NCBI RefSeq assembly: GCF_000002075.1
Contig: NW_004797445.1
Span: 446,507 to 510,506, forward strand
Reading direction: 5' to 3'
Length of the DNA stretch: 64,000 nucleotides
Source: Aplysia californica
Lineage: Eukaryota
The notes beneath the pieces were generated by a model. It had not been told where the DNA came from. It saw only the letters and a list, made by a program, of their open reading frames with translations, and made no database searches. Position numbers and translations under genes: made by a program. Each line of letters starts with the position of its first letter. Position 1 is the stretch's first letter. Below, in pieces: positions 20,252 through 31,600 of the stretch.

Positions 20252-22730
20252 ATGGAAACGACAACAGATACCAGCGAAAATGGAAATGATGAACAGCACG
20301 CGGTAAGTCTTTATATTTTGTGGAGCCAACAAATTGCGACGAAACACGGAATTTCCCTCCAACGCCGACGCACCGCACAGCAACGACCACATAAACAAAC
20401 ATTATAAACGTCTGACCTCAAACACCTTTTAAAATCTTCAGTTGAGTAGTTACTTAAAGACTAGTCTAGATTCTAGATCTAAATCTAAATCTAGCCCTAT
20501 AAATTGCTATCTGTTTTCTGCTTAGTGGTTATACGGGGTGCCCACTCAACTGCCACAAATCGGGCCAATCGCCTGAAACTGAAGAGTTTGTTTTTTAGGC
20601 GATCGAGTTGGGCGATCGGCCAATCCCATCCATAGTGGGCACCCCGAATTAGGCTACCGGACTCGTAATCGTGGGGTCGGGGGTTCGAGCCGCGGGCCCG
20701 ACGTTAGTGTCTTTGGGAAAGGCACTTTACTTTTACACGAATTTTGGTATTTTTTCACTTTTCCCTCCCGTCTCACACTCAGCTAGATCTACCAGTTGTC
20801 TAATTTCTACTAAATATTGATGCGCTGAACACGAATATCAACTTCATTTCCGTCGCAAATTAATAGTTTTTGAAATATTTGATTGTTTTTAACCGAGATC
20901 GTCATGCTTTGGACCAATCGGGGGGTTCCAGGGGGGCCTGCCCCACTGGGGTAAAAGAAAATCTGGGGGGTTACAGGGGGGCATGCCCCCCTGTTTTTAC
21001 CCATAATTTGATATTTTACAGTTAGATTTGAAATTGTCTTGAAAATAATTGATTTGCGACAGTATTAGTGGCTCTATGTGTGATTTGCAGCAAACATTAC
21101 TGCAATTTGACCCCTGAAACAGTGCATCTGTGTGCGGGAGTGAAAGTCAAAATTTACCCGAATTTTCCTCACTTCACCCCGTTGGGAATGGGTACCCGGC
21201 CATAGACAGTGAAAGATCTTGTCCGTATCTTAGTGTTTTAGACAGCGAAAAATCTTGTCCGTATGTTAGTGTTTTAGTTTTAGCGCCTTGATAATAAATG
21301 GCCGCTTGCACGGTATCAAAGATAGTGTATAACAAGATGGGCCACTCAGCCAAAAAAGTGTCCGCCGGAAGTTCGCTCTTTGATTCAGATGGCGCTGCAG
21401 TCTGTTTTGAAGCTCTCTTTCGTTTTTCCAGAAGAAAAATAGGAATAGCACCTCCTTGCGTGCGCAGATCGACTGCTGTTCATCAGCAGTTCGGGTCTGT
21501 TCAGTGCGGAGTATTACGTTTAAAAAAATTTTAATGACCTCTCGCCTTTCATTCTAAAGTCCAATTAAACGAAGAAAACAATCACCCTTTCCTCTGGAAG
21601 AGGTTTTTTGTCAGCGTAACCATTTTAAAAAATGCATTCTTCCGAAATTTATTCAAAAACTTGCTAGTTTCACTTTGATTTTTTAAACTCAAGTAGGGTA
21701 ACTCTGTTCGCAAAGGGTGCGCATTTGTGAAGAGGGCGCCACCGAATTTTGAGTACACTTTTTTAATTGGCTCAAAGAGAGAAGTGGCCCCTCTTGTTAT
21801 GTAGACTCTTTGACTGTATTCTGTATGCTTCCAAGGAAGTTGAGGTTGTTTCAGAATGCTCTCATATAGAGTCTGCTGGGGTAATAGTATAGATCTAGGT
21901 TGTGAAACGCATAGAGCCTGCTGTTGAGCAGGGATTTGCGCTATACAGTTGCTAGATCTAGATTCTAGATTATCTATTATTATTACGAAGTGACTATTTC
22001 TCCGAAAGTTTGGAGAAATAATGCCGATCTTTATTTCTCCGAACGGTTTCCGGCTTCCGGTCTCGTGATTTTTGGCCTATTTATTGCGAGAGTTCGGCGC
22101 CAACTTTCATTCTGCCTCTGGTCTGGGAAGGAACACCGCATGGCAAGCCCGCCTACAGACAACCTTCAGTAACACCCACCACCATCATGCACATGTACAC
22201 ACACTAACTAAACATGACCAGTGGGCAACTTTTGAACGTATGACGAGCTGAGCTGTGGATGGAGAGACAGTGTGGCTGAAAGAGCGTGTGAAAGGAAAAA
22301 TGTGCGAGTGTATCCACAGGCGACAGCAACTACAAGACGACACTGACCCCCCTGGCCTGGTCCACAGCTCACGAACGAAAGGAATGCAGCTCAGGCAGTG
22401 TTTTGCCTATATTATTGTCCATGGTTCGCAGGGTGCAAGGGAATGAGTGAGATTTTCTTTGTGTGTGCCTGGAGGGAGGGGGTGGGGTATGAAAGTCATG
22501 CAGACGGGGATCAGCCGCGGGAGAGAACAGGGGAATTAAATGAATGATTGAAACTGAAAGAGATGAACGGCTCATGAGCCATGGAGTGAATGGATCCTGT
22601 GTTTCTATTTTTGTATACTTTGAACTGTTACTGAATAAAGGCTGAAATAAAGCCCGAAAAACAAACACACACACACACTCCTCACTCTCCTCACTCTCCA
22701 CTTACAACCACACACAGACACACTCATACA

Positions 22731-22770
<40 letters not shown>

Positions 22771-25700
22771 AGCAAATTTTTGGGTCTATATCTATTTCAA
22801 TTTTCAAGAGCTAGTCTAGAGATTTTTAGATGAGTGTAAAAACGTAAAAAAGAAAGGTTTCACAACAGAAAGAAATCAAAATTAGAACAGCCCATAAACA
22901 ACAAACATTAATAAATAAGGGCGTGTGTCCACCTGTCCGAAGAAGATTGGCTGTTTTAACCTTAAATGTGCGTAATTTTAAAAAAAAGTACAGGATATTA
23001 CATGTAAATTATGGAATCACACACATTAAGGGGCTTGCCAGTGTCAGTACATTGGTTGCAGCAGTGACAAACGCAGATGCCAGTTCTATGTGTCGTTATC
23101 AATAACCCTCCGTAGATCTAGATCTAGATCTAGACAGCACACGAGTGAACACAACACATTACGTTTAAGTTTAAGAGCAGCACCCTTCATAGGCAACACG
23201 TCATATCTGTAGCGAAAAACTGTTTGGAGTTGTAGCATTTCTTTATATAAATATTTACTGCGGATATTTTTTGGACCGATTGAACCATATTGTATACGAA
23301 CAATCTTTGGTAGGCCTATACTATAATTATAGATCTTTATAATATCCGAAATTTTAGGGAAAGGATGAGATTTCAGAGTTTTCGGAGAAATAATGCCCAG
23401 CTTTATTTTCCCGAACGTTCGGAGAAATAGTGCCTAGCTTTATTTTCCCGAAGGTTCGGAGAAATAGTGCCCAGCTTTATTTTCCCGAACGTTCGGAGAA
23501 ATAGTGCCGGCCTTATTATTATTACTTGATAAAAATAGCACGTGTTGAATCGATTACTGTGTGGCATCGCTTCTTCTAGCTGCGTCTTCTAGCCGTGGCT
23601 ATCACTAGATCACACTAGGCTACAAGCGGATAGCTAGAGGATGACAACTAGATGTAAATGCCATTGGTTGATATTAATAGTTATAGCCATCTTGTTTGAC
23701 GTCATTTAGGGATTCCCACTTTGTCAGTTATGAACTGGTAGCAACACGACAGCTCAATGGCAGCCTGCTGACTGGTATTTTAATTTTGGAAGTGACTATT
23801 TCTCCGAAAGCTCGTCGAGTGAAAATAAACTTGATCTATAGATTTTCTAGGTGTATTTCTCCGAATGGTTTCCATTCTCGAGATTTTTTTTATCTTTTCG
23901 AGAGTTGAGCGCCATCTTCCATTCTGCCATTCTGCGTGGACTGGGAAGAAGCATTTTTGGATCGACAAATTGAAACATAGCTTGATATGAACGGAGTAAG
24001 GAAGGGGGAGATAAGAGAATCCGAAAGACAGACAGAGAGAGAGAGGGAGCAAAGCAAAGTGAAAAATAAAGAGATAAGTACTTGTGCAGTGGACGGCTTG
24101 AGTTGACAGGAGCCATGAACGGGGGGGGGGGGGGGGGGGGGGGGGGTGAAGAAATAAAGACGTAGAACAAGATAAAAACAGGGAAAGAAAGAGACAGACA
24201 GAGAGAAAGATAGTGGGGGTAGGGAGGGAGAGAGAGAAAGCGACAGTGAGTGAGAAAGAAAGGAAACGAGATAGAGAATCAGAGAGAAAATAGGAAAGAG
24301 AGAGACAAACAAACAGACAGGCAGGCAGACAGATGGAGACAGTCAGTCAAATAGACAGCCAGACAGAGAAACCTAGAGAAGGAACCAGTAGAGATGGAGA
24401 CAAAGAAGTAAAAGCTGCCAGAGACAAGCAAGCATAATCAGCGTCCTTTGGGATCACTTGATCCGCCTATTCATGACACCAGACCGGTTTTATCATGAAT
24501 TAGTACCCGAATTGCTCACATTTCCCGCCTGTTTCCACTGGCTCTCCGCAGTTTTTTCGTTTCTTTTTTGTACATGTGCCTTTGCCCCCCTACATGTTTT
24601 CAAACAAGCTGAGGATTCCCCCCCCCCCCTTCCTTTTATGCCTTTCCCCCAGGCATTCGGAGAAATGGGGTTCAAGTTTATTTTCCCGGGCGTTCGGAGA
24701 AATAGAGCTGGTCTATAATTTTTCTTTGCAACTTGCAGAACTGTTTGGTTCGGTTGTCTGTGAATGTGCAGCACCCTTCTTCCGCCCAGATTGATTCTGA
24801 TGCTGTACACTACGTAAACTGAGAAGAAGAAGAAGACTAAGAGTAGACATACGTCAATTTGGATACGGAAGCAAGTTCAAACAAAGTTCAATGATGCAGT
24901 GCAAATGATGGACCGTTAAGAACCGGATCGTTTTTAAAAAAAATTCTGTGAGCACAAGAAATGAAGCACTTACAAGAGATTGGACTCAATGGGACGCTGA
25001 GCTGCAAATGGAGTAGAACTGTAAGGGGAGGGAGCTTGGAAACCACCAGTCAGTGCAAACTGCGCTCTGCAAAACCATCCCTATTTTTCTAATCACGATC
25101 AGATGATGCGGTGGGCACCCCCCTTGCGAGGTCAAACAGGATGGCTGTTACTATAAATATCGGCCAATGGCGTTTTGTTGTTGTTCTAGCTATCCGCTTG
25201 TCTGTCAGATCTTGCTCGATAGTCGCAGTCGGCAGGAAAAAAATGATTTTAGTTTAACAAGAGTGCTCATTTCTAACCAAAACACAATGCTTTGTTGAAA
25301 TTCACAGCATTATAATTCATGTACTACTGGTCTGTCCTTAATTTAAAAAAGACAAAGTCGAAGCCTTGGGTATTAATGTTCTTTCAATCTTGTCTCATAT
25401 GCTTAGGATATTATTGTGTTTAGTACTTTAAAAATTTCGTGTTCATTTTTTAAATGCAGGGTTTTTTATTAATGGTCATGTTAAGATGGTTTTCGGGGCT
25501 GTTTTTACGGTGAAAACGCTGTTCTGTACTGAAGTCAAGGACCTTACAACAAACGAACCCACCTCTATCTCTTTGCGACACCGCCTGCTGCACGCCCAGT
25601 TAAACATACAAAATGGCCGCTAAGCGTGGTCACCTAGCGCGAACTGCGGCCTTTTCTTTACAAAGGATACAAAGCAGTACTTAGAAAGGCTGAAGAAGAA

Positions 25701-28568
25701 GCACAGAGGATGGGGCAAAGGAGGTGAGGGGGTGGGGGCAGAAAGTGGAGATGAAAGCAGACCTGCTAGAGAGCAGGAAAGGATGTGAAAGGAGACCATT
25801 TTAGAGAAGAAAATTTTTCTGTCGCTACCCAGATTCGATCCTGGGACCTTTGAATGAGAGAACACCTTAACCTCTAGGTCATGAGAGCCCCCATACCGTT
25901 CTACCTTTGTTTTATTTATTTTTTTTGTGCACCCGTGTCACGGTAAGGGATGAAGAGGGAAAAACCCAAATCCATTTCATTTCGCACGTCTTTTTAACAG
26001 AAGAAAAAAAAAGCGGGGAAAGAAAGACTTTGACCAAACTGCACTGAAAAAAAACCCCCAAAACTTACCCTAATTACAGTCTAACTACTAACTACTGACT
26101 TATAATCACAAAAAGTACAGAAATTACCCCCCCCNNNNNNNNNNNNNNNNNNNNNNNNNNNNNNNNNNNNNNNNNNNNNNNNNNNNNNNNNNNNNNNNNN
26201 NNNNNNNNNNNNNNNNNNNNNNNNNNNNNNNNNNCCCTTTCAATCTCATAACAATAGTAAGCACTTCCAAAACAAGCGACCACCTCAACAAACATAATAG
26301 AGAAGAGACCTTACCCTCTAACCCTGTCCCAAACTTTACCCCTACCTTTACCCCCACATCCTAGCTCTAACCCTCAACAAACACAATAAAGAAGAGACCC
26401 AACCCCTAGCCATCTCCCAACCCTGACCCTAACTTTATGCCTAAAAATGGGCAAACCACTGTAATTTTGTCATGACTAGGTTGGGTGTAATCTCTGGTTC
26501 CTAATAGCATCAAGTGATTAATGAGGGTCGACTCCTAATAAAGACAAAAGATTAAGAAATCAAGTGATAGGAGTACAAAGCTGAATCATATAAATGAAAA
26601 GCGTTTTTATGGTTCTAAACATGTACGTGCTGCTTACAAATCAGAATAGCTCCCAACTAAAATGACCAAGTTTTAAAACATTTAGATCCAATAAAATCCG
26701 GTTCTTACTAGATCTAAAATCCAGATTTCACATTTGAACTACAGCAGTACTTCTAATAAAACAACAATAAACAATAATAACAACAACAACATCAGATCTA
26801 AGTTAACATAAATTGTTCATGTAATCTAATGACAGTAAAAATGGCTCCGAACACCATCTTCACATGACCGTAAAAATTACTTAGAAATATTTGATGGTTT
26901 TTGTTTGGAACTTTTTCATAAGCTTAATTGCAATATTTTTTGCCTATAAGGGAAATGACCTCGCCTCCTGTATTTCCCTTTATTTGATGTTTTGTAGAGT
27001 ATTTGATTTGAGACTTTTGAAAACAATTATTATTATTGATTTGCAATTGTTTTCGTGGACATATATATGTGTGATATATGAAAAAATATATGATGACTTT
27101 GCCCCCAAAGCGGTTCGTCTGCAAAAAGGAGTGAATTAAAAATTTACTGAAGTCTGACAAAACAAGATGTTTCGCAAAGTTTTTGTCCTTGGCGCAAACT
27201 GGGCTCTTTAATTCTAAGTAACAGAAGAAGGATTTGGCTTCAACTGCAGTAGTTACCATCTGAGAAGTGGCTGCCCGTGATCTGCTGACTTTTCGCCAAC
27301 ATGATGAGATCTGCTCAATGAACCTGATGTTTCATTATGCACTCCCAAAAATTCCCTCTTCACTCAAGGAATGTCTCGGTTTTTGGATCGTTCATTAAAC
27401 TCAAAGACTGGGTGGTGGAGGTCTTTAGTGTCCACACATGAAGAAGCTCGTCACCTTTTTCTAACTGCTCAGCACATATGGAGTCAACTTCATTTAAGAC
27501 ACGTTAACTGGTGTCATAAAGTTTGGAAGAAAGTGTTCTGCATACTCATAGGATAAAAGAGCCAATTTTATGTAGTGTGGATCCTTTGAATGATCGGGTC
27601 ACGAACGTGATCAATGTTTACTGAAGAGAGAATGAGGAACTATATGCTTTAGATGTCAACCTTGAAGAGGGGAACTCGATGATGATGATAGGGTCACTGT
27701 CTGGAGTGCAACTGAACTCTGTCAGTATGTATCTTGGACCTGTAATCTTATCTTTCAATCATAGAATATTAGCCACAAGTCAATTCCATTTGTTACTTGG
27801 GAAATTCTTCTTTGGCTTCTAGTTTTGTGGTGTAGACTACTTTTTGTGTCCCCCTGATTCATGTTTCAACAAGATCAGTACCAGATTATTATCTTCTGCT
27901 GCATATGAGACACACACCATTGTCATGGTAATGAAAGGTTTAACAGGTGCCTTTTTTTTTACCCAGATGCTCCAAGATGTCACACGGGCTCATGTTGATT
28001 CTTTCAATTATTTCTACAATGTTGGTATCCACAAAATTGTCAAGGTAAGTGATTTAATCTTTTTTTTTTCCGCCCATAGCTTTAGCTTTGTTTATAACTT
28101 GATCTTCCTATTTTGAAAAGAGGTTTACAATGATTTTGGACAAGTTTCAAATTTTATGTCATAGCTGCCAACCAGTATGTAAAAACACTTAGTACATTCA
28201 TTAGGGTCTGAGTACATTAGTACGTTTTTGTGTCCTAAAATACGTATTATCTGTTTTCTAGTTTTGCTCCTCACAGACCAGCAAATGTTTGAAGAAGAAA
28301 AATTATGAACTTTCTACACATGATTTGCAAATGTTAATATGAACGAAGACCATATAAGTCAAAATCAATTGGCGAGACCTTTGCTCAAACATTTCTGACA
28401 TTGTGTGTTTCAGGTTTGGCTGGAGTAGTTTGAATTTATTGCATGCAGAAAATTTTGTGTGAAGGGTTTGGAGGTGGTTACTCGTCCAGTGCCCACCATC
28501 TTGATCTACTGTGTACATAGAGTTTTATTTTTGGTTCTGAAAAGTTGACAGCCATGTATGTCATTAGG

Positions 28569-28607
<39 letters not shown>

Positions 28608-31600
28608 GTTATCATTAATTCAGTACTGAAATTTTTTCAGTGTTTATTTCTTTTCCTTACATGATATGAATAACTTTATATGCATTGTATTTTGTATGAT
28701 ATATTCTATCTTGCTGATGTAGCATTAATTCCTTATCTTCTGTCTAAGTTCTTTTGCTGTCATCGTCCATGGGGATAAGCAAGGCCTGTGTTGAGCTGTA
28801 ATAAAACATTTTAAGTGGCTCTATGTTGCTCCAATATTGTAGTTTACCTCGCATGTTATGTTTTGAAATGCTTTATTTTATTATTTTTTTTCTCCATTTT
28901 ACTTTCCTTTTATTCCCTGCAGCACATGGATCCAGTGGAATTTTATCTTACTGATGAACAAGAAGGACGACAGAGGCTTAAGATGAGAATTGGGATTTCT
29001 GTAAGTTATGGGAAATTGTTGTTTCCACTTTAATTAAACTTGTTTTTCCCTTGTCCATATTGGATGCCCACTTTTGTACTAAAAGGCTGATGTGTGGGTG
29101 GTTGGCGGATGCTTTGGTGTGGCTTGCTCCTTCTTTCCTATCAAACATATATCGTCCTTATCTCCCCTTCTTATTTTTTGTTTGTTACTCTCTTGTAGCA
29201 TCTCTAATCTTCTGGCGCTCATATGACCTTATACAGTTGCGAGCGCCGTAAAACCTCTACTAAAAACTAGACACATTGATGTTTAATGATTTATTTTATT
29301 TTACCACTGTGTCATTATTATTTTCTTTGTTTATTAGTGAAATATTCTAGGGGTTCCAGAGTATTATTTGTACTTTTTATACCTTATATGATAGTGTTTG
29401 TTCAATTATTGTTTTTATCAAAATTTTTTCATTCTAACTCAATTCACCTTTGTTTAGTTCTGAGACTTAATCTTTTTGCGCTCAAACTCAATACCCAAGT
29501 TTTTTTATTGTTTACATTTCTAAAGATCAACTCTGAAAAAATAAAATTAATGTTAACCCTGGACATAATGAGACATGAAAATATGACAGCTACCTGCATC
29601 AAACTTTGAAGAACCGCCTATCAAGAGACCCTGCTTGTGATGATAGTGTAGTTCAGACCGAAGGGCTAGAACCCAAATGGCCGCTGGATCGGAAAAGTAA
29701 AGTAAAGTATGATAGTGTAGTTAAGACTTGCCATGGAACTTAATGAGAGACTTCCATTTTCACTGTCATGGTTTTTGATTTTGTTCCTCAGAAAGTGAAC
29801 ATATTTCCTCCCAGGGTCCATGTTGGAAATAAACATGCTGTGAACTCTAGGGTCTACCCTGCAGAGGTGAGATTAAACACAGGAGCAGTTATTAATAAGT
29901 TGAACCCTGGTTAAGAACTTTTTCATAGTAGTTTTATATTTGTTGTCATCACGTTACCACCATAGTTTCAAAAACAACGTTTTCCACTTTTTGCAGTCTT
30001 ACCATTAATTCAAGAATTTGACCCACCTACGTTTTTAACCTTTTGCCATTAGTTTATGGGTTATATAAAAAATGATATTGATTCCATGATTTGTCATAAT
30101 AATGGACAGGTACTAAGAATATTTGTTTTAAAAAAAACTACATTAGTTGCTTATGTAAGTGGCAAATGATAATTCTGCTTGTATTTTTTTTTTTCACTAA
30201 TATGTAAGGCTCAAATGAAATACATCTTTTCATAATTAATGCATATAATGTGTATAGTGTAAAGCGCATAGACCTTGCTGTTGAGCGGGGGTATACGCTA
30301 TATAAATACTATTTATTATTATTACTATTACTTTTCCAATGTGCCAATGTTTTGAAGCTTTTTGAAAAGTTTTCAGTGTATTTCTAGTAGTTTGTGAAAC
30401 TTTTCAAGGTTTCATTAAAATGGTTCTGGCTGCTCTGTTCTAAGCTGTATAGGCCCCTTTTCCCATTCATTGTTATCTTTCTTTTGTTTTGTTATTATTT
30501 TATTTCATTTATTTATTTAATTATAAAAAAAAAAATCCCATCCTCTTTCTAGAAAGATGACCTCTATAACTGTAAAAAACTGTTTATTGGCTGTAAAGAA
30601 AAGATGAACAGATTCATTAGGTGTGTTTACGGGCTCCATACTTGTGCCAGTCTCTTAAAATACAGCTGCTGAACATTTTCTCTTTTGTAATTTGTTCCCC
30701 ATTTCATGAACTTAATAAAATGTCCTCATTATATTAAAATGTTTCTTTAAATGTGTTGTCTTATGAAAAAATTGCTCTTCTGTTAATGTTAGGAATATTT
30801 TTAAAGTCTATCTACATGTGTACTGTTTAGTTTTTCACTAATGGTATCCGTGCATCCTCAGTGCCGAGAGAGAAGAACGTCCTATCTAGGGGAGGTTCAA
30901 ACCATCATATCCTATTCCTTGAGCAATGGGAAATCAGGCTCAGTGGAGAAAGTTGCAGGCCAAATACCGATCATGGTAAAGGTACGGGAAAATATTTATT
31001 TTTTTGTTTTTGTTTTTTTTGCCTTCGTGGAATCTAATGGTTTGGAAAAAAAGTTGGTTTTTGTATTTCTGATTCAAATGAAAAGGTTATTTACAGTTTC
31101 AGCAAAGTGGATGCCTTTTTTGTGGTCCATAGTGATGGTGCCCTTTATTTAAAAAAAGAAATATATATATATATATATATCAGCACGCTCTTTGTTTTGT
31201 GATGATTGTGCTGCTCAAAACTACTAATTGTAGATATTTGACCTATTACTTTGTTGATAGTACTATAAACTATGCCATACACAGTAAAAGCCGACAATTT
31301 AGATTGTTTGGTTTTTTTTCCTTTTTTTGGGGGGTAGCTTGCACACTCGGTTATGACAAATAGTTTTTTTTAAACTGACTGATACTTAAAATTTGACTTT
31401 TGCTTCATTTACAGTCAGATGCTTGCAATCTTGCGAACCTCAAGCCCAGTGCACTGATCGCGCATGGGGAAGAAGAGGAGGTAAGTAACAGTGTGATTGA
31501 TTGTGCTTATTTAAGTCACACAGTTGTTAATATATGGATCGGATAAAGGCATTATTTTCTGAAATGCATTAAGAAAACAACTCGCCACTGTGCTCCCCGT

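Noticed and set aside
23381-23508. Regularly spaced palindromic 37-bp repeats superficially like a CRISPR array
   Set aside because: Units are contiguous with no unique spacers, there are no cas genes, the context is a eukaryotic intron, and they are subterminal repeats of a transposon.
28570-28605. Long poly-G runs (also 24121-24146) as functional G-quadruplexes
   Set aside because: Pure homopolymers of unreliable length, and similar runs border assembly gaps; no evidence of function.
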